Shown: positions 31,843-42,618, counted from the first letter of the stretch. The stretch is DNA of 64,000 nucleotides from Alphaproteobacteria bacterium (GCA_965220745.1 CBDCQT010000013.1:800001-864000); one strand, 5' to 3'. Translations and numbers: made by a program. The notes: a model not told the origin generated them from the sequence alone.

Positions 31843-32511
31843 ATGGGCGGCGGAACCGGCGAGTTGGTCATGGTCCACACGGTGGCGGGGCTGATCGATC
31901 TGTTCGATGGGCTGCGTGCAGAGATCGACCCCGACGTTCCGGTGCGCCATGTGGTTCAGGCAGCGCTGCTGACCGACGCAATCGACGCGGGCGGGCTGAC
32001 CGACGAGATCAGGGCACGCACACGCGACGCGCTGCTGGAGGCGACCGAGGGCGCCGCGCTCGTGCTCTGTACCTGCTCCACGGTCGGCCCCGGCGCCGAC
32101 GATGCCGCGGCGCACGCGGGCGTGCCGATCCTCCGGGTGGACCGGCCCATGGCCGAGGCGGCGGTGGCGGCCGGCCGGCGCATCACGGTTGCGGCGACGC
32201 TCGCCACCACCATCGGGCCCACCGCCGATCTGGTCGCCGACGCCGCGCGCCGCGCCGGCAAGGGGGTCGAGATCGACTCCGTCGTCTTCGCCGAGGCCCG
32301 CGCCCGGCTGGTGGCGGGCGATGCCGAAGGCCACGAGCGGATCATCGCCGACGGCCTGCACGAGGCCGCCTCTTCGGCCGACGCCATCGTGCTCGCTCAG
32401 GCCTCCATGACCCCGGCGCTCGCCCGCTGCGCCGACATCCGGGTGCCGCTCCTGACCAGCCCGCGCTCAGGGCTGGAAGCCGCCATCGCGCGCTACCGCG
32501 CGGCGGCATAG
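31843..32511 (+). CDS. Asp/Glu/hydantoin racemase family protein
   Basis: VHT, LCTCSTVG, RVDRPMA, IVLAQASM; AAGGAG RBS. Confidence 0.82.
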   Translation: MGGGTGELVMVHTVAGLIDLFDGLRAEIDPDVPVRHVVQAALLTDAIDAGGLTDEIRARTRDALLEATEGAALVLCTCSTVGPGADDAAAHAGVPILRVDRPMAEAAVAAGRRITVAATLATTIGPTADLVADAARRAGKGVEIDSVVFAEARARLVAGDAEGHERIIADGLHEAASSADAIVLAQASMTPALARCADIRVPLLTSPRSGLEAAIARYRAAA

Positions 32512-32544
32512 CGGCGCGGCGGGGCGCGAGAGGGAAGGGGGCTC

Positions 32545-33018
32545 ATGCCCGCGGCCAGGACACTCTATCTGGCGAACCCTTACGGCTTCTCCGCCCAGCA
32601 GAAGGACGGGCCGCTGCAGGCTCTGGTCGCGGCGCTGGAGGTGCTCGGCGCGGAGGTGTGGGAGCCCTTCGCCCGCAACAACCAGATCGACAAGGCCACC
32701 GCCGGCTGGGCCTACCGCATCGGCCAGGCCGACCTGCGCGACGTGCGCGATGCCGACGGCATCTTCGCCGTGATCAACGGCTGCCCGCCGGACGAAGGCG
32801 TGATGGTGGAGCTCGGCATGGCCATCGCCTGGGAGAAGGCGGTGTTCCTGTTCCGCGACGATTTTCGGCGCTGCACTGACAGCGAGGCCTATCCGCTCAA
32901 CCTGATGGTCTTCACCGGCCTGCCCGAGGTCGGCTGGGAGGATTACTGGTACGCCTCGGTGGACGAGATCGCCGACCCCGACAAGGCCCTCGCCCGCTGG
33001 CTTAAAGGCGCCGCTTAG
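32545..33018 (+). CDS. Nucleoside 2-deoxyribosyltransferase family protein
   Basis: YLANPYGFS, PDEGVMVELG, LNLM. Confidence 0.88.
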   Translation: MPAARTLYLANPYGFSAQQKDGPLQALVAALEVLGAEVWEPFARNNQIDKATAGWAYRIGQADLRDVRDADGIFAVINGCPPDEGVMVELGMAIAWEKAVFLFRDDFRRCTDSEAYPLNLMVFTGLPEVGWEDYWYASVDEIADPDKALARWLKGAA

Positions 33019-33039
33019 CCGGCCTGAGCCGGCGCGAGA

Positions 33040-33483
33040 TTACTCGACGCGGGTCCAGGTCTCGGTCTTGCAGACGAACCAGATGCAGCCGCTCATCTTG
33101 ACCGTGTTCGCATCGACGACCTCGAGCTCCGCGTCGTAGGTGTCGCCGTCCCTGGCATTGTAGACCTCGCCGTCTTCCCACTGGCCGCCGCCCTGGTCCT
33201 CCAGGTCAAACAGCACCTGGATGCCCAACATCGGCCGGTCGCGGAGGGATTCGTCGTCGTTCTTGACGTCCCGCCGCGGCTTGCCGTCGTCGCCCAGGGG
33301 ACGCTTGAGCCACACGATCTGGCCGCACAGCTCGTCCTTGTTGCAGGAATAGAGTTTGACGTGCGCATCCTGCCGCTCGTTGAGCCAGATGCCGTAGGGA
33401 TCTGCCGCGAGCGCACCGCCCGAAAAGCCGCCAACGATCAGCGCACCCGCCAGCGCGCCGCATACTAAGCTCCCTGTCCTCAT
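33040..33483 (-). CDS. DUF2147 secreted protein
   Basis: Signal peptide; G.W, CGQIVW, RDVKN, GEVYNARDGDTY, C..ETWTRV. Confidence 0.88.
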   Translation of the reverse strand: MRTGSLVCGALAGALIVGGFSGGALAADPYGIWLNERQDAHVKLYSCNKDELCGQIVWLKRPLGDDGKPRRDVKNDDESLRDRPMLGIQVLFDLEDQGGGQWEDGEVYNARDGDTYDAELEVVDANTVKMSGCIWFVCKTETWTRVE

Positions 33484-34585
33484 GGTCAGCCTCCACCGTC
33501 GCGTGCCGGCCGCTTATCGGTGATTGTCGAATGGCCGGCTTGGGTGACGCTGGCACCCACACGCCCGGACTGTCAAGGCGACCCGAGAGATAACGCGGTC
33601 ATCGTTGCCCCTCGGACGCGGGCGGTTTGGCCCATGTCCGCTTGCCGGCCGCTTCTTGTGGCGCGAGCCAAACTGCAACCTACTTCAATCAGCTGCGGCG
33701 ACATGCCGTTCCAATTGCTTAGGACGCAGTTACTCGCGCTTGATTGAGGCGACGCGCTCCTGACAATCGCCAGGTTGGCCGGTGCAGGATGCGGAGACTC
33801 TCCATGCGCCCGACATCGTCCCCCGTTGCCTCATTACTACCTGCGGGGCAGGGCACGCCGACAAGGGGCGGTTGTGCGGGACGCGCGGAGAGACGCACTG
33901 CCGTTCAGGTGACGACGGCCTTTACCAAAGCGTCGTTCTCCAGCAACCGACCCGGCCTAGGGCGGGACTGCGAGTGTAGCGAATATGGTGAATTCGTAAA
34001 CTTGGCGGACCTTGAGATCGGCGGCCACTCTCTGCACGGCGCTGCTCGCATTCGGCTGAAGTCGGCTCACTAACAGCTGAGATCGTAACCGCAAGTGCGA
34101 CTTGATCATCAGCTCAGAAGATAATGCTTTTATCAATATCCGTTATTTGCTATATCATCTTCAGGCATATGGAGTGTCAGGCAGTGCTGACGGCGGCGAC
34201 ATATATGCGTCCGCGGGGAAATTGTGCTTCGCAAGTCAAAGGGCATTGGCAAGCCGTGGGACGCTCAGCAAGGCAAAGGTCGACCGGTTCACCCACCCCG
34301 GGTCGGTATGTCTCGTTGCAGCGTCGGTGTGCGGCACATATCGACAGAGCAACAGCTCGGTCGTGTGCTTTCACTTTTGGCCCCTCGGCCGTTTCGGCGA
34401 AATTCGGCACTCCAAGCTAGGACATAGAACCTCAACAACTCTCGGAGCACAATATGAACTCTAGGCTTTCATCCCTCCTCCGCAAGACCAAAGTACCTCC
34501 CATTGAGACTCGGCAGCAGCCGTCCGCCAGCGTGTGCCGAGCAATAGATGTGCTCTTGCTTAGAAGAAATAATAGATTTAGGTTG

Positions 34586-35899
34586 ATGCGAGTTTCCTTA
34601 TTTCTATGCATCTTCATCTTTACTCCAATCTCGAGTCACGCGCAACAAGACGTGTTGCTCGTCTCAGGCACTGTTGCTCAAGTAGTAGAGAATTTGAAGG
34701 ATACCATTCACAGCACAATTTCAGCAACAGACGCAGCTTACAGCAATAGCGCGTTTCGCACGCGGCAGCATCTTCAAATACTGCTTGATCAACTTGAAAC
34801 CATTTCGAAGAATGTATCAGAGGCCACGTTTTCTGATTTAACTGATGTGGAGAAAAAGTTCTTTACTGACCTAGCTGTTCAGATCGATTCTCTGAGAACC
34901 CTCGAAAAAGTAACGGCGGATGACGCCGAAAAAATTACGAGGAACATGGCTTCAGCAATCAGCAATCTGCCATTTGCAGATGCTGTACCTATTGTCTTTC
35001 ATTATGATCCACTGTATGTTGTTGGCAAAAGTGAGGATAGTAACTTGGATATTGCTGTTAAGATAACTGGCGCTTTGTTGTCTACCGGAGAACCCTCCCT
35101 AACACTCGATGGTGAGAAGTGCCGAAGAGATGGGAAAATACATACGTCTTTGACATTCGTTTGCATGAACAGGCGGCCCACAGTTGGTGGCTCCGCAGCA
35201 GCGCTAAAGGGAACGCTCAGACTTTACGAAGAGAAAAGCATTTGGGATCATATATTCTTTCGTGACCAGAAGGAGTATACATATGATGTTGTTGTATCGG
35301 TGCTGCCGAGGCAACTAGGAACAGTTTTGACGAATATTACTTTTGAGAAGGAGGTTTTGAGGAAAGAGAAACGCTCACAAGATTTCAGTGAGTGGAATAA
35401 TCACTGTGCTGGCGCTAGAGATTATCTATTCGACTTCAACGCCAGGAATAGTTGGACGATCGACGTTGATTCGATCAATGTCGTTAGGTGCAGCGGAGGA
35501 AGGAAATCCCGCTGTAATGGTCTGCGCCATGTCTCCAAACACTCATTTGCGTATTCGTGCCACCTCGAAAACTACGGAAGATGCGTTGATTTGATTTTTG
35601 GAAAAGCGCTGGATGCCAGAGGTCATTGCGGCGGTAAAGTTGAATGGTACGAAGTAACGACGGAGACTGTTGAGCGGCACGAAGTCCTTACTGAAGAGAA
35701 TGTCTTTTGGGGACAAGATGTGTTAATTCCATTGAAAGAGAGTACTAAGAGCGTGGAAGTGTCATTGAAGAGAGCCGATGGGGAGCAGCGGATTTTCACA
35801 GGAAATGATGAATCGGACTCTTGGGTGAGCGTGATAATCGATTTAGACGGTCGACGGGCGATCATAAGTCCAAAGCATTTGGACATTGCCATGGAATAG
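34586..35899 (+). CDS. Hypothetical secreted protein on an AT-rich islet
   Basis: 437-aa ORF in AT-richer DNA; signal peptide ending SHA; Cys-rich C-terminal half. Confidence 0.8.
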   Translation: MRVSLFLCIFIFTPISSHAQQDVLLVSGTVAQVVENLKDTIHSTISATDAAYSNSAFRTRQHLQILLDQLETISKNVSEATFSDLTDVEKKFFTDLAVQIDSLRTLEKVTADDAEKITRNMASAISNLPFADAVPIVFHYDPLYVVGKSEDSNLDIAVKITGALLSTGEPSLTLDGEKCRRDGKIHTSLTFVCMNRRPTVGGSAAALKGTLRLYEEKSIWDHIFFRDQKEYTYDVVVSVLPRQLGTVLTNITFEKEVLRKEKRSQDFSEWNNHCAGARDYLFDFNARNSWTIDVDSINVVRCSGGRKSRCNGLRHVSKHSFAYSCHLENYGRCVDLIFGKALDARGHCGGKVEWYEVTTETVERHEVLTEENVFWGQDVLIPLKESTKSVEVSLKRADGEQRIFTGNDESDSWVSVIIDLDGRRAIISPKHLDIAME

Positions 35900-36236
35900 G
35901 GCTGGCACAGATATGGGACCTAAAGTTAGGCACAGGAGAGTGGCAAACCCGCGGCGCGAAGTGGGGAAAGTTGTTTAGTGTGAGGTGATGGCGTTCATCT
36001 GACGCTGAGCTCAGCTAACCATACTTTGTGTTAGCGAGGACTGATAAGGCGGCGACTCGTAGTGCGCCGCGACTTTTGTTGGGGGGGGGCGAGAATGACA
36101 TTCTGCCGTTCGTGCTACAACTTGATGTGGGCGCGGGCGTTGGTGGACGTAGGTGGATAAGCTCCTGGCGAACACTGTCCGTATTGAAGCCATGGTTCTA
36201 AGGTGACGCATTCAGCTCCGTTACAGAAGTAATTAA

Positions 36237-37849
36237 CCCGACCTATTCATGGACTGCCTTGCACTTGAGTTTCGATTGACGGGTCGCGTCGGGGCCTGAC
36301 GCGGTTTGGCGCCGGGATCTGAGGTTGTTCGCTGCTGGGTTGAGGGTTTATGGAGCCTGGGTGATCGGGGCACGCCGCCCCGTCGCTCAGGGGCCTGCTG
36401 CGGCGAGGCGACCTGCGAGCAGGCGGAAGAGAGCGGCGTCGGGACAGGCCGAGGCGAAGTGGATGCGGACGCGGGTGGCCTTCTCGATGACGCGGGCGCC
36501 GATCTTGAGGAGGCGCAGCCTGAGGGTTGCGAACTCTGCGCGGGCGAGGGGCGCGGTGCGGGGGATGGCGTCGCGCAGCGCGAGCATGAGCCAGTAGGCT
36601 GCGGTGTGCAGGACCAGCCTGAGCTGGTTGGCGAGCGGGCTCTGGCAGGAGGTGCGGTCCGAGGCGAGCTGGCCCTTGTGCATCTTGATCAGGTTTTCGG
36701 CCTGGCCGCGGGCGCAGTAGATGTCTTCGTAGAGGTGGCGGGGCTCGCCCTTGAGCGAGGTGACGACATAGCGGGCATCGAAGCCGCGCGTACTCGCCTC
36801 CAGCCGGGCCACGACCCGGCGTTCGCGGTCCCAGGAGCGGGCGGCGTAGGCGAAGGCGGCGAAGCTGCGCATCCTGTCCGCGCCGGCCTCGGCGCGGCGC
36901 ACCCGGACGTCGTCGGCCACCTCGTAGGCGAGAGCGTGGAGCGCGCGATTGCCGGCGAGGCCGAAGATGTAGTCGACCCCGTTCTCCTCGCACCAGGCCA
37001 TGGCTTGCGGGCGGCCATAGTGGCTGTCTCCCCGGAAGACGATCCGGGTGTGCGGCCAGTGGCGGCGGATACGGCCGACCAGATGCTTGATGAGGGTGCG
37101 GACCTCGGGCCCCGACGGCGTCTTGCCCGGACGCAGGAGAACCGCCACCGGCTTGCCGCTCTCCACATGATAGACGTGGACGGGGAGGAAGCAGCGCGTG
37201 TCGTAGTAGGCGTGGAAGAGCGAGAGCTGCTGGTGACCGTGCACCGGATCGCAGGTGTCGTCGATATCGAGGGTGATGGCGGCAGGTGGGGCTGAGAAGG
37301 AGCGGCAGAAGAGATCGACCAGCGCCGCCGTCATGCGCGCCACCTCGATGCGAGAGGGCGCGTTCTCCAGGCGGCTCATGGTGGGCTGGGAACAGAGGTC
37401 ACGGCCGTTCTCCGGCGCCTTCCCTGAGGCCAGCTTGAACAGCGGGTCCGTGCGCAGCGCGTCGCAGTCGTCGGCATCTTCGTAGCCACACGCAATGGCG
37501 AACATGCGGAAGCGCAGCATGGCCGAGAGCGAGTGGACCACCTGCGCCTGCTTGCGCCGGTCGCGGATGCAGCCCGCCAGGGTCTCGGCGAGACCTAAGC
37601 CGCGTTCCGCTTCGCGCAGCAGGACGAGGCCGCCGTCCGACGAGATCAGGCCGCCGTCGAAGGCGGCGCTCACCTTCTTGCGCGCGACGGCTGGCAGATC
37701 GAAGGGGAGAAGGCTATCGTCGGTCATGGCGGGCGTGGCATTTTCGTTACTCGGAGAGGAAGACGCCTCGACAACGAATTCCTATCCGATGGCAACGGCT
37801 TACGCTACGTCCGCCACCCCAAAACCAGACCCGCCACGAATAATCCGGG
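36237..37849 (-). mobile_element. IS1380 family element, complete
   Basis: Imperfect IRs cccgacctattcat / cccggattattcgt; TTAA at 36233-36236 and 37850-37853. Confidence 0.92.
36387..37727 (-). CDS. IS1380 transposase
   Basis: SSDGGL, GYEDADD, SQPTMSRLEN, LDIDDT, RGDSHY, YCARGQAENLIK. Confidence 0.95.
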   Translation of the reverse strand: MTDDSLLPFDLPAVARKKVSAAFDGGLISSDGGLVLLREAERGLGLAETLAGCIRDRRKQAQVVHSLSAMLRFRMFAIACGYEDADDCDALRTDPLFKLASGKAPENGRDLCSQPTMSRLENAPSRIEVARMTAALVDLFCRSFSAPPAAITLDIDDTCDPVHGHQQLSLFHAYYDTRCFLPVHVYHVESGKPVAVLLRPGKTPSGPEVRTLIKHLVGRIRRHWPHTRIVFRGDSHYGRPQAMAWCEENGVDYIFGLAGNRALHALAYEVADDVRVRRAEAGADRMRSFAAFAYAARSWDRERRVVARLEASTRGFDARYVVTSLKGEPRHLYEDIYCARGQAENLIKMHKGQLASDRTSCQSPLANQLRLVLHTAAYWLMLALRDAIPRTAPLARAEFATLRLRLLKIGARVIEKATRVRIHFASACPDAALFRLLAGRLAAAGP

Positions 37850-37971
37850 TTAAGTCTGCGACGGCGGGAGCCACGCGTCGTCCTAGGCCTAAAAATCTAA
37901 AAGACGGGCGGGCATGGCGTTTGGCCCGCAAGACGCGGTACCGTGGCCTCGCGATGGTGTCGGAGGGTCCA

Positions 37972-39279
37972 ATGGCGCGGGACGTGCTGACGGCGGATTT
38001 CAAGGCCACGCCTTATTGGTGGGACCTGGCGCCGCGGCCGGATGTCACCGACGAGACGCCGCCCAAGGAGGCCGAGGTGGTGATCGTGGGCGCGGGCAAC
38101 GTGGGGCTTTCCGCCGCGCTCACACTCGCGCGCCGGGGCACGGACGCGGTGGTGCTCGATGCCGAGGCCGCAGGCCATGGCGCCAGCACCCGCAACGCCG
38201 GCTACCTCGGCCGCCAAGTCTGGCACAAATACGGCGACATGGTGCCGAAGCTCGGGCGCGAGCGGGCGGCGGAGGTCTGCCGCGCAGCCATTGCCGCTCA
38301 CGACTACGCGGCCTCCCTGATCGAGCGAGAGCAGATCGCCTGCTTCTACCGCAACACCGGCCGCTTCATCGCGGCGCCCTCCAAGCGCGTGTTCGACGGC
38401 CTCGCGCGCGACCTCGCCATGATGCGGGAGGACGGCGTGCCGGTCGACGCAGAGATGGTCGAGCCCGACGAGGCACCGCCAGCCTACAGAAAAGGACACT
38501 ATCACGGCGGCCAGATCCTGCACGGCAACGGCACGATCCACGCGGGCCTCTACCACGCGGGCCTGCTGGAGCGGGCCGCGCGAGACGGCTCGCGCATCAT
38601 CAGCCACTGCCCGGTGCAGGCCATTGAGCGCTCAGGCAACGGCTTCCGCGTATCCACGCCCCGCGGCACGGTCCGGGCGGGTCACGTGATCGTGGCCACC
38701 AACGGCTACACGCCCAAGGCCGCTCAATGGCTGCGGCGCCGCGTGGTGCCGGTCGACGCCTTCATGATCGCGACCGAGCCCTTGCCCGCGGATCGTGTCG
38801 AGCACATCGCACCCGGCGGCAAGCCGATGGTCGAGCACCGCTACTCCCCTTGCTGGATCAGGCCCAACGAGGACGGCACGCGCATTCTCTTCGGCGGGCT
38901 CAGCGCCGAGCCGCCGGCCGACCTCACGCAGAAGGCGCGCATCCTGCGCGATGCCATGGTGCAAGTCGTCCCCTCACTGGAAGGCGTGAAGATCAGCCAT
39001 TGCTGGACCGGCAAGACCGCCTTCACCTTCGACATGATGCCGCACACCGGCAGCCACGGCGGCGTCGAATACGCCATGGGCTGGTGCGGCTCCGGCGTGC
39101 CCATGGGCACCTACCTTGGCCACAAGACGGCGCTCCGGGTGCTGGGGGACCCCGAGGCTGCGAGCCCTTTCGACGGCCGGCCCTTCCCGACCTGGCCGTT
39201 CTACACCGGCCGCCCCTGGTTCCTGCCGCTCGCGGTGGCGTGGAACAAGCGCAAAGACCGCAAGCTGTTTAGGGGGTAG
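37972..39279 (+). CDS. FAD-dependent oxidoreductase (DAO / PuuB-like)
   Basis: GAGNVG, GASTRNAG, ATNGY, WTG, GSGV; GGAGG RBS. Confidence 0.9.
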   Translation: MARDVLTADFKATPYWWDLAPRPDVTDETPPKEAEVVIVGAGNVGLSAALTLARRGTDAVVLDAEAAGHGASTRNAGYLGRQVWHKYGDMVPKLGRERAAEVCRAAIAAHDYAASLIEREQIACFYRNTGRFIAAPSKRVFDGLARDLAMMREDGVPVDAEMVEPDEAPPAYRKGHYHGGQILHGNGTIHAGLYHAGLLERAARDGSRIISHCPVQAIERSGNGFRVSTPRGTVRAGHVIVATNGYTPKAAQWLRRRVVPVDAFMIATEPLPADRVEHIAPGGKPMVEHRYSPCWIRPNEDGTRILFGGLSAEPPADLTQKARILRDAMVQVVPSLEGVKISHCWTGKTAFTFDMMPHTGSHGGVEYAMGWCGSGVPMGTYLGHKTALRVLGDPEAASPFDGRPFPTWPFYTGRPWFLPLAVAWNKRKDRKLFRG

Positions 39280-39340
39280 ACTCCGGCTCCCACCATCCGC
39301 GCGCGGGCCGCAGCTCCGGGGCCGTTCACACGTATCCGAC

Positions 39341-39970
39341 ATGACCGACGACAGCGCCACGCCTGCGGCGAGAGGGCAGCGCCATCTCCTCCGCCGGCTC
39401 TACGACTGGGCGATCGAGAGCGCCGGCGCGCGCCGCGCCGTCTGGGTGCTGGCGGGCCTCTGCTACCTGCAGAGCCTGTTCCTGCCGGTGCCGCCGGACC
39501 TGCTGCTCATCCCCATGGTGCTGGCGAAGCGCGCCAAGGCGTGGCTCTTCGCCGGCATCGCCACGGTCTCGTCGGTCGGCGGCGGCCTCACCGGCTACCT
39601 GATCGGCTACTTTCTCTATGACTGGCTGGGCGAGCCTCTTCTCGCAATCTCCGGCCACGCCGGCGACCTGGAGACGTTCTACGAGTACCGCGACAAGTGG
39701 GGCGCCTGGTTCGTCGCCGCCGGCGCGCTGACGCCGCTGCCCTACAAGCTGGTGGCCGTAGCCAGCGGCGCCGCCAATCTCAACGTGGGCGCCTTCATCG
39801 CGGCATCGCTCGTCGCCCGCGGCATGCGCTTCTATGTTGAGGCGGCGATACTCTGGTATCTGGGACCCAAGGCCCGGCGGATCCTGGAGCACCGCTACGG
39901 CGCGGCGGCGGCGATCGGGCTCGCCATCCTCACCCTCGGCATCATGGTGCTGATCCCGTTCGTCACCTGA
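39341..39970 (+). CDS. YqaA/DedA (VTT) membrane protein
   Basis: PVPPDLLLIPM, SVGGG..GYLIG, TPLPYK, RGMRF. Confidence 0.88.
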   Translation: MTDDSATPAARGQRHLLRRLYDWAIESAGARRAVWVLAGLCYLQSLFLPVPPDLLLIPMVLAKRAKAWLFAGIATVSSVGGGLTGYLIGYFLYDWLGEPLLAISGHAGDLETFYEYRDKWGAWFVAAGALTPLPYKLVAVASGAANLNVGAFIAASLVARGMRFYVEAAILWYLGPKARRILEHRYGAAAAIGLAILTLGIMVLIPFVT

Positions 39971-40002
39971 GCGGGGGAGGGACCGCGCAAGCGCCGGCGC
40001 AG

Positions 40003-40959
40003 TCAGTTCTCACCCGGCATCGCCCTGAGCAGTGCCTTGACCACCGCCGCCGCATTGCCGGCCGCGAGACCCAGGAAGACCTCCATCTGGTTCGCACCTT
40101 CGCCGCCGCCGGCGAGGTCCGCGAGGCTGCGGACGGCGATGAAGGGCACGTCGTTGGCGTAGGCCACGTGGGCGACGGGGGCGCTCTCCATGTCCAGCAC
40201 GCGCGCGCCGAAGGTCTCGAAGGCCCAGGTGCGGAAGGCCGCGTTGTCGATGAAGGCGCCGCCCGAAACCCCGGAGCCGCCGACGACGATTCGGGGCGCC
40301 TGGTCCAGGCAGCGGTCCTCGGCCGTGCAGTGGGCGAGCGTCACGTCGCTTGCCGCGCTGCCGGCGCTGGCGAGCAGCGCCTCGTCCACGGGGAACCAGA
40401 AGCGGGTCTCGGGCGCCTCGGCACCGGGGCTGAGCACGGTGACCGAGCGCGGGAACATCATGCCGAAGTTCGCGTAGGGGTACTCGAAGAAGGGCATCGT
40501 CATCCAGCCGTCGTCGACTTCGCGGGCGAAGAGCATCTCCAGGTACTGCCCCCAGCGGTCCGCGATCACGACATCGCCGATGTTCAGTCCGGGGTCCACG
40601 CCGCCGGCGATGCCCGAGAACACGATGCGCTCGATGGCGAAGTGGTCGAGGGCGAGTTGCACCGTCATTGCCGCGTTGACCACGCTGATCCCGCTCAGGA
40701 ACAGCACCACGTCGTGCCCCTCCAGAGTGCCGGTGGTGAAGGCCACGCCATTGACCGACTGCGCCGACGCGCCTTCCAGCTCCGCTTGCAGGATCGCGAG
40801 CTCCGGCGCGAAGGCGGAGACCACCGCAGTGCGCGGGATCTCGTCGCGGATGCCGTGCGCATCCGCCGGCGCGGGCGAGACGGCTGCGAGCAAAATCGCG
40901 ATGGCGAGCCCGGCGAGCAGGGTCCGTACCCTGCGGGGCGCAAACGTGAGAAGAGTCAT
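40003..40959 (-). CDS. MTA/SAH nucleosidase-like protein with signal peptide
   Basis: SGISVVNAA, FSGIAGG, LDMESA, RSLADLAG. Confidence 0.88.
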   Translation of the reverse strand: MTLLTFAPRRVRTLLAGLAIAILLAAVSPAPADAHGIRDEIPRTAVVSAFAPELAILQAELEGASAQSVNGVAFTTGTLEGHDVVLFLSGISVVNAAMTVQLALDHFAIERIVFSGIAGGVDPGLNIGDVVIADRWGQYLEMLFAREVDDGWMTMPFFEYPYANFGMMFPRSVTVLSPGAEAPETRFWFPVDEALLASAGSAASDVTLAHCTAEDRCLDQAPRIVVGGSGVSGGAFIDNAAFRTWAFETFGARVLDMESAPVAHVAYANDVPFIAVRSLADLAGGGEGANQMEVFLGLAAGNAAAVVKALLRAMPGEN

Positions 40960-41067
40960 GGTCGCCTGCTCCTCGTTGGGGTGGAGTTCGTCGTGGGCGT
41001 GTTGGGTGCGGCGACCGTGGCGCGAATCGGGGCGCTCCGCAATCCCGTCGTGCAGTCCCGATACGCC

Positions 41068-42618
41068 TCAGTCCTTGCGGATGATCCGCCCCTCGATCTT
41101 CGGCGCGACACTGCCGGCCGCGATGATGTGGTCGATGAGCTGCCCCGCCATGAGCTCGCCGGACGCAGAATCGATCAACACCTCGCCGACCTTGAACACG
41201 CGATAGTCGTCGCCGCCGTTCGCGAGGAAGCTGTTGGTGGCAAGCGTGTAGGCCTTGCCGTCTTCCAGCGGCACCCCGCCCACCGTGACGCTCGTCACCC
41301 GTTCGCCCGGCGGCCGGCGCGCATCGAAGGCGAAGGCGAGGCCCGAGACCTGCGGGAACCGGCCCGAGGGGTTCTCGGCCCGGCTCACGCCATTCTCCAG
41401 CGCCTCCCGCACCTGGGCACCGGTCAGGCGGAGCACCACGGTCTTGTTGCCGAAGGGAAGCTCCGTCAGCACCATCTTGCGAGTAAGCTTGGTGCCGGGC
41501 GGATAGTCCGTGTCGCCGCGAATGCCGCCGCCGTTGGTGAGCGCGATATCGGCGCCGGTCGCCTGCCGCATGGCGTCGGCCAACAGATTGCCGAAGGCGG
41601 TCTCGGCCGATCCGTGCTGGAACCCGCGTGTGCTGAGCTCCACCGCGGTCTCGCCGATCACCACGTCCAGGGTCTCGTCGAGGTTTGCCTGATAGTCGCG
41701 AACCTTGGCGGCGAGTGTGGCATCGCCTTCGGTGTCAGCAGTCGAGCGGAGGCGGAACTCCGGGGTCCAGATCACTTTGGGCGCCCCACCACGCCCCTCG
41801 ACCCGGTCGATCGTGAGCGTCAGCACGCCGACATGGCGGCCTTGGGAACCCGCCTTCATCACCGCCCGGCGGCCGTCATGGTGGGCGAGGAGGAGATGAT
41901 CGTGGCCGCCGAGCACCACGTCGATTCCCTCGACTTGGCGCAGCAGCTCCAGGTCCGCGCCGAGCCCCTGATGAGTCAGCGCGACCACGATGTCGGCGCC
42001 CTCCGCCCTCAACTCTTCGGCCAGCGCGGCGCCCGCTTGCGCCACAGGAGCGAAGGCGACATCGGGGCCGGGACTTGAGATCACGGGTGTTTCCGTCGTG
42101 ACCAGGCCGAGGAAGCCGATGCGGTAGCCGTCCCTCTCCACCATCGTCGTGGCTTCGGCGCCGGGGAAGGCACCGCCCGCGATCGTCACATTGCCCGCGA
42201 GCCAGATGGTTTCGGACTCCGCGAGCCGCTCCTGCAGCACCTCCGGGCCGAAATCGAACTCGTGGTTGCCGAGCACCGCCACGCCGAAGCCGATGGCGTT
42301 GGCGAGGTCGATCATGTGCGCGCCGCCGTCGATCCCGGAGAGGACGGAGGGCGAGATCATGTCGCCGCCGAAGGTGACCAGCGCCAGGCCGCCCTCGGCC
42401 TCGGCCCGCGCGTGCTCTTCCGCCACGACGGCGGCGATCTTCGCAGCCCCGCCTGCGCCGCCGACTCCCGCCATCTGGTCCCAATCGTTAACGTGGACGA
42501 GGGTGAGGCGGAGCGGTGTGGCGAGAGCGGCAGGCGCCATTGCGCCCAGCAAGACGACCAATGCTGCGGCGACTGGTATGGCGCGCGCGAACTCTCTCAG
42601 ACGGCGGCATGTGTGCAT
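41068..42618 (-). CDS. Secreted 5'-nucleotidase / UDP-sugar hydrolase
   Basis: HVND, GGD, GNHEFD, TH, GGHDH, NGGGIR, PFGN, QVSG. Confidence 0.92.
   Translation of the reverse strand: MHTCRRLREFARAIPVAAALVVLLGAMAPAALATPLRLTLVHVNDWDQMAGVGGAGGAAKIAAVVAEEHARAEAEGGLALVTFGGDMISPSVLSGIDGGAHMIDLANAIGFGVAVLGNHEFDFGPEVLQERLAESETIWLAGNVTIAGGAFPGAEATTMVERDGYRIGFLGLVTTETPVISSPGPDVAFAPVAQAGAALAEELRAEGADIVVALTHQGLGADLELLRQVEGIDVVLGGHDHLLLAHHDGRRAVMKAGSQGRHVGVLTLTIDRVEGRGGAPKVIWTPEFRLRSTADTEGDATLAAKVRDYQANLDETLDVVIGETAVELSTRGFQHGSAETAFGNLLADAMRQATGADIALTNGGGIRGDTDYPPGTKLTRKMVLTELPFGNKTVVLRLTGAQVREALENGVSRAENPSGRFPQVSGLAFAFDARRPPGERVTSVTVGGVPLEDGKAYTLATNSFLANGGDDYRVFKVGEVLIDSASGELMAGQLIDHIIAAGSVAPKIEGRIIRKD

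Noticed and set aside
35900-36232. Possible attC site or structured RNA after the orphan gene
   Set aside because: Only short palindromes (gctgagctcagc); no convincing paired R boxes and no integron integrase.
37495-37971. N-terminal extension of the FAD oxidoreductase
   Set aside because: It is antisense IS1380 and IR sequence; the RBS supports a start at 37972.
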